From assembly GCA_963733375.1 (NCBI GenBank), contig CAVTDB010000026.1:320001-384000 (forward strand): a stretch of 64,000 nucleotides of DNA, read 5' to 3'. This DNA comes from Nitrospirota bacterium. Lineage in GTDB: Bacteria > Nitrospirota > JACRHJ01. The translations under genes were made by a program, and so were the position numbers. This document shows positions 9,709 to 20,116 of this stretch, one piece after another. The notes beneath the pieces were generated by a model. It did not search any database and was not told the DNA's origin. It saw only the letters and a list, made by a program, of their open reading frames with translations. The number at the start of each line of letters is the position of its first letter. Within the stretch, counting starts at the first letter, position 1.

Positions 9709-10708
9709 ATGAAGATAGCGGTAATAGGCGCGGGGGCAATCGGGTGCGTGGCGGGGGCGCTTCTCCATGAGAAGGGCCACGCGGTTACCCTTGTTAGCCG
9801 CGACCCGCGCCAGGTCCGGGCGATTAACCGCGAAGGCCTGTCGCTTGACGGCATTTCGGCAAGGAATAATTTTGTCATATATGCCGCAAGGTCGCTGGAG
9901 TTCATTCCCGACCTGGCGCTCCTCGCGGTAAAGACGCAGGACCTGGAGACGGCATGCAACCAGATTGCGGGCATGGGCGATTTCCCGGCGCTGACGATGC
10001 AGAACGGCCTGATGGCCGACGAGATAGCCGGAAGCATCCTTGGCAGGGAGCGGATCATTTCGTCGGTCGTCATGTTCGGGGCGACATATAAAGAGCCGGG
10101 GCATGTAACGTATAACTTTCCCGGCGGCCTCGTTATAGGCAAGGCGTTCGGCCCGGACGGCGGCGGCATCGTAGAGAAGGCGAAGAATATGATGTCCGGG
10201 TCTTTAGAGGTGCGCGTAGCCGAAAACATCCAGGCCATGCACCGCGCGAAGCTGATACTGAACTTAAATAACGCGCTTGCCTGCGTACTGGGGAAGAGCC
10301 TGCAGGATACGTTTTCGGATAAACGGTATGTGCATATTGGGGCTGTCGATGATGCGCGAAGCATGGGAGGTTTTCGAATCCAGCGGGATGGAGATGGCCG
10401 ACCTCCCGAACCTGCCTCTGGAGAAATTGAAATCTCTGCTATACGCCCCGGAGGAAGTAGGGGCGCAGATTTACGGCAATATCATGCGGGGCCTTTCCCA
10501 CCTCCCCCTTCTCGGCTCCGTCCTGCAGAGCGTCATGCGGGGCCGCGCGTCGGAGGTGGATTATTTAAACGGCGAAGTCGCGAGGGCGGCTGGGAAGATG
10601 GGGCGGGAGGCAAAGTTGAATTCAAAGGCGGCGGAGCTGGTCAAGGAAATCGAAAATATAAATCAATTTCTATCAATCGAAGAGATGCTAGCGAGGTTCG
10701 GCTTATGA
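9709..10708 (+). CDS. ketopantoate reductase (PanE/ApbA) family oxidoreductase (indel near 10330)
   Basis: IAVIGAGAIG, LAVK, MQNG, KL..N..N. The shifted frame has GS.LQS..RGR.SEVDYLNGEV. Confidence 0.85.
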
Positions 10709-10968
10709 TGGAGTTTCCGGGTTTTCTGCTGACGGTGGACAGTCTTCAAAAAGAATGTTTCAAGGGATATAAAGTGGGTGATTCTTTTGAGGTAAAGGAC
10801 TTCGTGACGCCGCCCGACGGCTTCTGCGCCGGGGCGTATCATTCGCTCTTCCCGGTCATTTATGCCTGGACATTCGGCGCGGAATTCCCTTTCAAGGACG
10901 GGGAAGGGTGCGTCAGGACGACATGCCCGGACGGCGGGAAACTGACGTTCAAGGTGAGGAAATTATAA
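10705..10968 (+). CDS. TIGR04076-like small Cys-containing protein 1
   Basis: C..GYKVGD.F, P.GFC..AYH.LFP, FGA.FP, TCPDG...F. Confidence 0.75.
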   Translation: MMEFPGFLLTVDSLQKECFKGYKVGDSFEVKDFVTPPDGFCAGAYHSLFPVIYAWTFGAEFPFKDGEGCVRTTCPDGGKLTFKVRKL

Positions 10969-11237
10969 TGGCTAATCCCAAAAAAATGGTCATATCGGTC
11001 GAGGAAGTTTCCGGGCCGTGTTTTTATAAATACGAGCAGGGACAGGAGGTGGAGGTCCTGGGACTTCGGACGCCGGAAGGTTTCTGCGGCGCGGCGTACC
11101 ATACGCTGTTCCCCGTGCTCTTCGCCCTGAACTTCGGCGCGAAGTACCCCTTCATGGAAGACCCGAATTCCATCAACACCGTGACCTGCCCGGACGGCGG
11201 GTACGTGCGGTTCAAGGTCAGGAGGGTGGAGGGTTGA
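10968..11237 (+). CDS. TIGR04076-like small Cys-containing protein 2 (paralog)
   Basis: Same C...GFC..AYH.LFP...TCPDG pattern. TAATG overlap with copy 1. Confidence 0.75.
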   Translation: MANPKKMVISVEEVSGPCFYKYEQGQEVEVLGLRTPEGFCGAAYHTLFPVLFALNFGAKYPFMEDPNSINTVTCPDGGYVRFKVRRVEG

Positions 11238-12491
11238 ATCTCCGCAGGGTCGTCATAACAGGCCTGGGCGTCATCGCGCCGGGAGGCATCGGTAAAGACG
11301 CCTTCTGGGATTCCATGATAAACGCGCGGACGCAGACCGGGCTTATTACCGCATTCGATACCTCCGGGTTCCTTTCGAAGGTCGCGGCGGAAGTGAAGGG
11401 GTTCAACCCTGCCGCCTTCGGCATCTCATATGAAGAGGCCTCGGGGATGGACCGCTATCTGCAGTTCGCCCTGGCCGGGGCGAAACTGGCCGTGGAGGAC
11501 GCCGGGCTGGAATTCGGCGGCCTGGACGGAGAAAAGTGCGGAGTGGCGCTGGCTAACGCCATATGCGGGACGAAATGGATGGAGGAGGAGTTCCTGCGCG
11601 TTACCGGCAACGGACATGGGCCGATCGACCCGGCCCTCGCGTCGCCGTATCTGTACGATGCGTCCATATTCAATTCTCCCGCCAACTTCATAGCCGCGCG
11701 CTATGGCTTGAAAGGCGGGGCGTGCGTCATATCCACCGGCTGCACGGCCGGGACGGACTCGGTCGCCTATGCGTATGAAAATATCCAACTCGGTTTATGC
11801 GACATGATGATAACCGGCGCGTCCGAGGCCCCGATTACGCCGATAGCCCTTGCCGCATTCGACGTGATAAAGGCGCTCTCGAAGCATAACGACGAGCCCG
11901 GGGCGGCGTCCCGTCCTTTCGACAGGACGAGGAACGGGTTTGTCCTGGCCGAGGGCGCGGGGATACTGGTACTGGAGGAATACGGGCACGCGGTGAAGCG
12001 CGGAGCGAAGATATACGCGGAGATAGCGGGTTTCGGCTCCACGTCCAACGCATTTCACATGACGGATCTGCCGAAGGACGGCGAAGCCCTGGCCCGGTCA
12101 ATAAAAATGGCTATGGACGAGGCGCGGGTCAATGCCGACGACGTGGATTACATAAGCTCTCATGGAAGCTCCACGGAACAGAACGACGTCTTCGAGACGA
12201 ACGCGATAAAGACGGCGCTTGGGGAACATGCCTGGCGGGTGCCTGTCAGTTCCATTAAGATCCATGATAGGACATCCGCTTTCCGCGGCGAACTCCATCG
12301 AGCTTGCGCTTTCGGCGATGGTGATGGAGCGGGGCGTAATCCCGCCGACAGTGAATTACCGTGAGCCGGACCCTGCATGCGACTTCGATTATGTGCCAAA
12401 CGTGGCGCGGGATAAAAAGGTGGACGTGGTGATAAAAACGAGCAGCGGGTTCTCCGGGATCCATTCGTCAATGGTCTTGAGGCGGGCATGA
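11234..12491 (+). CDS. type II PKS ketosynthase alpha (indel near 12258)
   Basis: RRVVITGLGV.APGG.G, STGCTAG active Cys, SRPFDRTRNGFVL.EG, NAFHMT, SHGSST.QND, VPVSSIKSMIGH, CD.DYVP..AR. This is the aromatic KS-alpha pattern rather than FabF. Confidence 0.92.
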
Positions 12492-13694
12492 GACGCGCGG
12501 TCATAACAGGCATAGGGGTGGTAAGTCCGGCGGGCAACTCGCCTGAAGAATTATTCGACAGGCTCTCCTCGGGCGAGGGCTTCACGGGCGAGATCAGCCG
12601 CTTCGACGCTTCGCGCTACCCGTCGCGTCATGCGGGGCTGGTACATGATCCCGGCGGGGAAGAGATATTTTCCAAGAGGCTCCTTAAGAAGCTGGACAGG
12701 TTCTCGCACATGGCGCTCTCCGCCTCCGACGGGGCGATTCAAAGACAGCGGGATAAACCTGGACGCCGAGGACAAAAACCGGGTCGGGATAGCCTTCGGC
12801 AACGCCCTGGGCGGCTGGTCGTTCGCGGAGGAGGAACTGCGGGACCTCTGGACTCACGGCCTTCGTGAAGTCAGCCCGTACCAGGCGACCGCATGGTTCC
12901 CGGCGGCGCCGCAGGGCCAGATATCCATTTTCTACGGTATAAAGGGTTTTTCCAAGACCATAATCTCCGACATCGCCAGTTCGCATCTCGCTATCGCTTA
13001 CGCCGCGCGTGCCATTCAAACGGGCAAGGCGGACGTGATGTTAGCTGGCGGCACCGAAGCGCCGGTATCGCCTTACGCGCTTCTGTGCTGCAACACCTCC
13101 GGGGAGCTTAGCCTGACCGGGAGCTACAGGCCCTTCAGCAAGGGCCGCGACGGGTATATAATCGGCGAAGGGGCGGCCGTACTCGTCATCGAAGAGATGG
13201 AAAAGGCGGTCGCGAGGGGGGCCAGGATATACGCGGAGGTAAAGGGTTTTGGGCACACAAGCGACGGGATGCACCCGACAATGCCTGATCCGTCAGGCGA
13301 CGGCATGGCCCGCGCCATCGGACTAGCGATGCGGCAGGCCGCTGTCTCTCCATCCGAAATCGGGATGGCTATCCCATCCGCGAATGCGGGGAAAGAAGCC
13401 GATTTATCCGAGGGAAGGGCCCTTTTAAAAATCTTCGGAAACAGGGCTTCTGAACTGCCGATTTATTCGCCGAAGCCGCAGACGGGGAATTTACTGGGGG
13501 CGTCCGGCGCGCTCGATACGGCGTTTGCCTGCATGGCGCTTGGCAGAGGTGAGACGCCGACCCTCAAGGTAATTGATCCGGAATTTGATTTCTTTGACGG
13601 CGGCGGAAAAAAGAAGATCGATAAGCGGGATATCATTATAAATTCCATCGGGCGTGGCGGGGTAAACGCCTGCCTTTTAATCGGAAAGCCTTAA
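12488..13694 (+). CDS. type II PKS chain length factor (KS-beta) (indel near 12738)
   Basis: KS paralog without the catalytic Cys or the two His. GGW.FAE.EL..LW..G...VSPYQ..AWF.AA.QGQISI and KPQTGNL.G..GALD motifs. Confidence 0.9.
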
Positions 13695-13708
13695 GGTAAG
13701 GGGTAAAG

Positions 13709-13946
13709 ATGACGGTAGAAGAGAGGGTCGAAAAAGTTTTCGAGGAAATAGGCATAGACAAAGCTGAACTTCGTCCGGAAGTCGACTTTGAAAAGCGATC
13801 TCGGGATTGACTCGACGGAGATGGTGGAACTGATGGTCGCGCTGGAAAAAGAATTCTCGGCCAAAATCCCCAACGGCGTGATAAACGGCGGGAGCACGGT
13901 CCGCGAGATAATCGACTATTTTCTAACCGTGGCGGCCAGGTCTTGA
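13709..13946 (+). CDS. acyl carrier protein (not in ORF track; +1 indel near 13779)
   Basis: MTVEERVEKVFEEIGID... then in the shifted frame STLKSDLGIDSTEMVELMVALEKEF..KIP......TVREII, carrying the phosphopantetheine Ser motif. Confidence 0.88.
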
Positions 13947-14713
13947 AAATAATCGACCTGAGCACCCCGATAGACGACCTGGCGCCGGAGCCTTTTCCGG
14001 TACAGGTGACCCGGATTGGCCATGAGGAGGGTGCGGAGAGGGTAGGGGAGAAATTTCCCGGAGAGAAGAAAATCGGCGGCGATACTTTCCCCGGCGGGAT
14101 GTTCCTGTCCCATGAAACCGTCCAGGCGTCGGTGCACTGCGGGACGCATGTGGACGCGCCGTGGCATTTCGGGCCGGAGTCGGAAGGACGGCCGGCGAAG
14201 AAGATAGACGAGGTCCCACTTGAATGGTGCTATGGGGACGGTTTTGTAATTGACATGAGGGCCCTGCCGCCGGGCGGAGAGATAAAGCCGGAGGACGTGA
14301 GGCGGGGCTTGAGAGAGATCAATTACCAGCCGAAACCGGGCGACATCGCGCTTATCAGGACCGGGGCGGACAGCTATTTCGGCACAAAGGAATATTTTCT
14401 GAAATTCGCGGGCCTGAATGTCGATGCGGCGGAATATTTATTCGGTCTTGGAATCAGGACCATCGGGACCGACGCGCCGGGCCTGGACAGGCCTTTTATG
14501 GATATGGTCGCGGATTATCAAACGACGGCGGACAACTCGAAACTCTGGCCGGTACACATGCTGGGAAGAAAAAAAGAATACTGTCATATAGAGAGGCTCG
14601 CAAACCTTGGCGCGCTCCCGAGGGCGCACGGATTCAAGTTCGCCTGTTTCCCGGTAAAGATAAAAAACGCGGGCGCGGCATGGGCACGCGCCGTGGCTAT
14701 ATTCGAGGACTAA
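13943..14713 (+). CDS. polyketide second/third-ring cyclase (kynurenine formamidase-like cyclase family)
   Basis: IIDLS, HCGTHVDAPWHF, IDEVPLEW..G.G, IGTDA..LDRP, EYCHIERLANL. DpsY/OxyN/ZhuJ-type by motif and position. Confidence 0.85.
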   Translation: MKIIDLSTPIDDLAPEPFPVQVTRIGHEEGAERVGEKFPGEKKIGGDTFPGGMFLSHETVQASVHCGTHVDAPWHFGPESEGRPAKKIDEVPLEWCYGDGFVIDMRALPPGGEIKPEDVRRGLREINYQPKPGDIALIRTGADSYFGTKEYFLKFAGLNVDAAEYLFGLGIRTIGTDAPGLDRPFMDMVADYQTTADNSKLWPVHMLGRKKEYCHIERLANLGALPRAHGFKFACFPVKIKNAGAAWARAVAIFED

Positions 14714-14723
14714 AGGAAAAATA

Positions 14724-15152
14724 ATGGCACACACCAAAAATTCCATATTCATAAACGCGCCTTATGGGAGCGTGTTCGACATTACGAACGACATCGAGCG
14801 CTGGCCCGAGCTTTTCGACGAGTATTCGGACGCGAAAATCCTTTCGCGCGAAGGAAACAAAATAACCTTCCAACTTACCAACAAGGAAGGGAAGTCCTGG
14901 CGCTCCAGCCGCATCCTGGACAAGCCCGGGCATAAATGCTCCGCGAAACGCGAGGAGCCGATGTTCCCGTTCAAATACATGGACCTCCTCTGGACATACG
15001 TCGAGAAAGACGGCGGGGTGGAGATGACCTGGGAGCAGGACTTCTCCATGGACGAAAAAGCGCCGGTGGACGATAAGACGGCCGAGGCCCGCATAAACGA
15101 GCACTCGAAGAAGAACATGCAGAGGATAAAAGAAATAATCGAGGGAATATGA
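14724..15152 (+). CDS. monodomain aromatase/cyclase (TcmN/WhiE-ORFVI-like)
   Basis: HT.NSI.I.AP...FD.TNDIERWPELF.EY, W.S.R, PF.YM...W.Y, M.W.QDF.M...AP.DD, IN..S..M..IK. Confidence 0.9.
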   Translation: MAHTKNSIFINAPYGSVFDITNDIERWPELFDEYSDAKILSREGNKITFQLTNKEGKSWRSSRILDKPGHKCSAKREEPMFPFKYMDLLWTYVEKDGGVEMTWEQDFSMDEKAPVDDKTAEARINEHSKKNMQRIKEIIEGI

Positions 15153-15875
15153 AGATACTTGGCATCTGCGGGACGCACAAGAGGGGGAAGCAGAAATCCG
15201 CCAGCGATTATTTTCTGCGCAAGGCCCTTGAGGCCGCCGAAGAAAAAGGGGCCGAGTCGGAAGTTATCCGCCTGATAAATTACAACGTGAAGCCATGCCT
15301 CGCGTGCAACCGCTGCCTCTGCGGCCTTACCTGCCCTTTGCTCGAAGACAAGGACGACGACGGGAAGCTCATTTTCGATAAAATGTCGGAGTCGGACGCG
15401 TTTATTTTTTCGTCCCCGGTCTATGCCTATCAACAGCCCGCGATAGTCATGAACCTTTTGCACAGGACCCGCCCCTTGCACGAGCAGGAGCGTTCGGAGA
15501 TATGGGGGACGACTATCACCGCATACCCGAAAAACCCTTTCAAGGGCGCCCCGGTGGGCAACCTCGCGGTAGGCGCGGCGCTCGGGATGGAGGGTGCGCT
15601 CTATTACCTGTTCCATTACCTGAAGGCGATGACGGCGACTTCTGTCGCGTGCGCGGGGATCGCTCTGATGGACGCGGAGATGAGGAACCTCTGCATGGTG
15701 GGAAAGCGTTTCGCGATGGAGCATCCCGGTTTTAAAACACTGCTGGACAAGCCGATGCCGTCTTACGAGGAGAATAAACCCGCCAGCAATGATGGCGCGT
15801 GCGGTGGGCGAGCAGGTGTTCGACGTGTGGAATTCGGAGCTTTTTCAAACGATAAAAGAAGTGCTGAGATATTGA
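15149..15875 (+). CDS. iron-sulfur flavoprotein / flavodoxin-fold FMN reductase (indel near 15783)
   Basis: MKILGICG, CLACNRC..(x5)C, D..I.SSPVY. The corrected frame ends at TGA 15875. Confidence 0.8.
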
Positions 15876-16853
15876 TGATATTCGACTCTCATTTCCATCT
15901 GTTGCCGGATGAGGTAATCAAGCACGCCTCGTTCTACAACGACTCCTGGGGCGGTATGGACGGCCATCTTCGTGCAATGGACGAGGCCGGTGTCTCGCGC
16001 GCGCTTATCTCTTATCCGACTACCGATTTTCATCTGAAGGCCGCCCTTGCGGAAACGGATGCGGCGCGGGTATATAACGGGGCGGTGAAGGAAATAGCCG
16101 AGCGGTCGGCGGGACGGATTTCGTGGCTTGGGTCAGTGCCCTTGACAGGGCCTGACGAGATGGTCTCTCTGGGCGAAGAGGCATTGGCGCAAGGCGCGCG
16201 CGGGTTTACCATGCCGACGAACAGCGGCGGGATATATCCGGACGACCCGCGGTTCCTGCCTTTTTTCGAGAAGGCCGAAGGGTGGGGAGCGCCGATATTT
16301 TTTCATCCCACCACGCTTACTCCGTTCGGGTCCGAGAGAGCTGCGCCACCCGCTGATAACGCCCGTGTTCCAGTACGCGTTCGATACCACGCTCTGCCTC
16401 GCCAGGGTTATCGACTGCGGCCTGCTGAAAAAGTTCCCCCGGTTGAAGCTTGTGTTCGCGAGCTTCGCGGGCGTGATGCCGTTTCTTGCGGGCAGATACG
16501 GCAGGACGTACAAGATGCTCCTTGGCCGGGGGATAGTGAAGGACATGGGCGAGGAGCCGGGTGAGACGTTGAAGAAAATTTACGTGGACACTTCCGGCAC
16601 GGCGGACGTAAAGATGCTGGAGCTGGCGATAGATATATTCGGCGAGGACAGGGTGCTGTGGGGAAGCGATTTCCCGGCGAACCGTGAGATAAAGGCGTCG
16701 ATAGACGCCGTTAACGCTCTAAGTTTGAAGCCGCCTTCCAAACAAAAAATTTTGCACGAGAATTTAGATAAGCCTTGCTCGGTTTTTAACCCCGGTTTTC
16801 TTTGGTTACTTTCTTTTACCCAAAAGAAAGTAACGAAAGGTTTTGAATGTTAA
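15875..16853 (+). CDS. amidohydrolase-2 family protein, probable aromatic-acid decarboxylase/hydrolase (indel near 16337)
   Basis: DSHFH metal motif, MDEAGV..A, FFHP, KFP.LK, YVDTS, DRVLWGSDFP. Confidence 0.8.
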
Positions 16854-18052
16854 TAATAAAAAGGTTTTGATCTTCGGCGCGGGGATCGCGGGTCTTTCGA
16901 CGGCCTATTACCTGCGGAAGGAAGGCTGCCAGCCGGTCGTCTACGAGAAGAGGCCGGATGCGGGCGGACGGTTCGCGACGCTGGAATATGAAGGGGTATA
17001 TATAAATAAAGGCGCGATGATGTTCGCGCCGGCGCTGAACCCGCACTTTACGGAACTGATCAGGGAACTGGGCGTGTCGCACGAGCTTATCAGGCTTAAA
17101 AAATTTGCCCTCCAGATAGGCGATGAAATCACCGGCCTGGATTCCTGGTCCATGTTCAGGAGCGGCTTTTTTACTTTTTCCGAGTACATGCAGTGGAGGC
17201 GGCTGAAGAAGTTTATAAAGGGCCTGGACTTCCGATCTTGAGAGCTGGGACCCGAAGCTTCAGGAGCTTCATTCGATTTCGCTGGAAGAGTTCTGCGTCC
17301 GCGAGATGGGCTATTCGCAAAAGATGCTGGACTACATCGTCCAGCCGTTCTCCAGCTTCGGGTATATCGACCCGCCGCACATTGCCGCGGACCATGGGCT
17401 GTTCCTGTTCGCATACGGCGATTCGCCCGTGCGCGTCCCGCACAAGGGGATGGCGGAGGTGGCGGCCGAGCTTGTCCGGAGGATGCCGGGCGTCGTAAAG
17501 ACGGGGTATAAGGTAGAGAGGGTAAAGAAAAATGCATCAGGGACTTTTGATGTAAACCTTAAGGGGCCGGAGGGAGCGCCTTTGAAGGAGACGGCGGACT
17601 GCGTGGTGTTCGCCACCGGCCAGGAGAGCCTCGGCAAGGTGATGCCGGAGATAACGGTGGACGTGAAATCCACTAAGACGCGCGGAGTGATATTCGAGTC
17701 CCGCACCCCCCGGTACGGCAAATACGACGTCCTGCTTTTTTCCAAATATAAAAACCGCCACGGCATACACGGCGGAGAGATGAAACACCTGCCTGACGGC
17801 AGGACCATCGCCGGGATGTTCATGTACAGGCCGGACGCGGACATCGAGGCCGTGTTCGGGAAATATAAAGAACTGCCGAAGGTCGGCTGGTCTCCGGCGA
17901 TAACGCTCATCCCGCCGGGGAGCAGGACGAGAGGCATCGAGACAGAGGTTCCGGGCGCATTCCTGGCCGGAGATTTCTACCGGCTTCCGTGCATCGAGTC
18001 ATGCGTTTACACCGCGAAAAAAACGGTGCAGGCGATAAAGGGGCTTGCCTGA
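16843..18052 (+). CDS. FAD-dependent oxidoreductase (amine oxidase/HemY-like fold; indels near 17235-17290)
   Basis: GAGIAGL.TAYYL, YEK...AGGR, KGMAEV..EL, C-terminal FLAGD......IESCV.TA. Confidence 0.78.
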
Positions 18053-18054
18053 CA

Positions 18055-19416
18055 ATGTCATATGACGCGGTAATAATCGGCGCCGGTCTTGGCGGGCTTT
18101 CCGCCGGAGCGTATCTTTCGCGCGCCGGGAAAAAAGTGCTGGTGCTGGAGAAGATGTCCGAGCCGGGCGGGCGATGCCGGACGGTGGAGCTTATGGGGCA
18201 CCGCTTCGACATCGGCGCGGACTATTTCGGCAAAAAATTACTCGGCGTATTCTCGGAGCTTGGGAAGAGAAAAGAGCTGGAGCCGGTATGGTTCAAGGTG
18301 CGGGCGAATTGCGCGGGTTCCTCCATGACCATCCCGCCGGGCCTGCATACGCCTAAGGACCTTCGCGGCATGGGGATGGGGACGAAGGATATCGGCCGCT
18401 TCGGCCTTAATATGGGCGGGCAGATATTATTCAACCGCTTCAGGAAAATCTCCAATTACAAAGAACTGATAAACAGGATTACCGACAACCCGAGCCTCCG
18501 GGAGATACTGAATGTCGGCGCGTTCTTCTCCGGGAACGAACCTGAAAACATGCCGTCTCACTGGTTTAACCTGGTCTTCGGCAGGACGTATGGATACGAC
18601 AGGCCGTTCATACCCAGGGCCGGTGCGGGGAGGCTGCCGGAGCTTCTGGCCGACGTCATCCGCGAGAGCGGCGGCGGCATAGTCTATAACGCGCAGCCGA
18701 AAAAGATAATGATAAGCGACGGCAAGGCGAAGGGCGTCCTGCTGGACGGCAGGGAGATAGAGGCGGAGAACGTCATAAGCGGGACGGGCATTTTGCAGAC
18801 CGTGCACTCACTCGCGGGCAAGGAATATTTCCCGCAGGGGTTCCTGAACACGCTGGGCTACTACAAAGAGGGTTTTTGCATGGCGAGCGTGTTCACGGTG
18901 TTCAAGAGGAGCGCGAAAATTACTCCGGGCGTGCACCTCTACGCGATGTTCCCGAAAAGTGTCGGCGGGATGTTCAGGACCCTGAAAGACGGCTCCTTTC
19001 CGCAAGATAACATGTATGTCATCTCCGTCCCCGGCGCGGCGCACGACAGCGGCGGGGAGCATCTTGCCGGCACCATAAAGTTCCTCGTGCCCAAGGGCAT
19101 TATCGCAAGAGAGGCTATCGAGGCCGAGGCCGGGAAAGTAATGGCTAAAATGGATTCGCTGATTCCGGGCTTCCGGGAGAGCGTAATAGAGAGCAGGCTA
19201 TACACGCCGATGGACTATGCGGTTAATTTCGGTTTTGTCAGTTCCGTCTCGCCTGTCGCCGAGAGCGTGCATTACGAGAAGATGGATACAAATACGCCGG
19301 TCAAGGGATTATACTGCGTAGGCTCCACGGTGCTTCCGGCAGGCGGCTGTGCCGCGTCGTCGGTGCTGTCCGGCAGGGCCGCCGCGAGACTTATAATAAA
19401 GAATGGCGGAAGTTAA
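18055..19416 (+). CDS. phytoene desaturase-family FAD/NAD(P) oxidoreductase
   Basis: YDAVIIGAGLGGL.A..L...GKKVLVLEK...PGG, FD.GA, L.....GG.I, TP.D, TPVKGLYCVG....GG......SGR.AA. Confidence 0.85.
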   Translation: MSYDAVIIGAGLGGLSAGAYLSRAGKKVLVLEKMSEPGGRCRTVELMGHRFDIGADYFGKKLLGVFSELGKRKELEPVWFKVRANCAGSSMTIPPGLHTPKDLRGMGMGTKDIGRFGLNMGGQILFNRFRKISNYKELINRITDNPSLREILNVGAFFSGNEPENMPSHWFNLVFGRTYGYDRPFIPRAGAGRLPELLADVIRESGGGIVYNAQPKKIMISDGKAKGVLLDGREIEAENVISGTGILQTVHSLAGKEYFPQGFLNTLGYYKEGFCMASVFTVFKRSAKITPGVHLYAMFPKSVGGMFRTLKDGSFPQDNMYVISVPGAAHDSGGEHLAGTIKFLVPKGIIAREAIEAEAGKVMAKMDSLIPGFRESVIESRLYTPMDYAVNFGFVSSVSPVAESVHYEKMDTNTPVKGLYCVGSTVLPAGGCAASSVLSGRAAARLIIKNGGS

Positions 19417-19489
19417 AATCTCGAAAGGAGGCGAATGGGGTTAGCCGAGTTTTTATTTATTAACCTGATTATCTGACAGGAGGAATGCA

Positions 19490-20080
19490 ATGAAAAAAAT
19501 GCTTTTAATAATGGCCGTCGTCGCACTTTTGATACCTGTTAATGCCTTAGCCGGGTCGAGTGGCCCGGGAGTCCTCGACAAAGAGAACGTGATGACGGAC
19601 AAGAGCCTCGCGAAGTACAAGAGCATCGGGATCAAGATATTCTCCACGGACAACATAGAGTACAATAACGTGGACGACGAGGAGAAGCAGAGAGATGAAG
19701 GGCTACCTGAAGGGACTGGCAGGAGATGCTCGCAAGGACCTGTGAAGAACGAGCTTAACGGGGACAGGGTCACCGCCTTTATAATCGATCCGGACGGCAA
19801 GAACGCCGGCAAGGCGGACATGATAATCGAAGGGCGAGTTATCGCAGATAAACATGGGAAGCGCATTCAGCAGGATGGTTCTGGGGGATGGGCGCCGGCG
19901 GGCGGGGGTCACCGTGAAGGGCAAGCTGATAGACGCCAGGACCGGCAAGGAACTCGCGACAGTTCGAGCACGAAAGCACGTCCGGACTCCAGGGCGGCGA
20001 CAAATGGTCGATGGTGGCAAACAGGGTTAAGGCCACGGGCGACAAGATAGACTGAGTTCGTAGAGAAACTGAGCAGATAA
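19490..20080 (+). CDS. exported protein, DUF4410-like (several indels)
   Basis: AGGAGG RBS and signal peptide MKKMLLIMAVVALLIPVNALA. Stitched frames give IIEG....INMGS..SR...GMGAG...VTVKGKLIDA.TGK.LA. Confidence 0.55.
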
Positions 20081-20116
20081 AGGCCGCACAAGTCCCGGCA
20101 TTCTGGAGTATAAGGT

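Noticed and set aside
9709-10968. Apparent PanE-TIGR04076 fusion
   Set aside because: Frameshift near 10330. The reductase ends at 10708 in another frame and the small protein has its own ATG at 10705.
11234-13946. Interpretation as ordinary FabF/FabB, aryl polyene or ladderane synthase
   Set aside because: STGCT/NAFHMT KS motifs, a full-length CLF with AWF...GQISI and a TcmN-like aromatase point to an aromatic T2PKS. No FabG or dehydratase genes, which polyene or fatty-acid chains need, are in the operon.
14762-15724. Long antisense ORFs (e.g. 14762..15724, 20027..20851, 61508..62407)
   Set aside because: Shadows of well-supported plus-strand genes in GC-rich DNA, with no recognisable motifs.
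15149-16564. Apparent flavoprotein-amidohydrolase fusion
   Set aside because: Indel near 15783. The corrected flavoprotein stops at TGA 15875, overlapping the next ATG.
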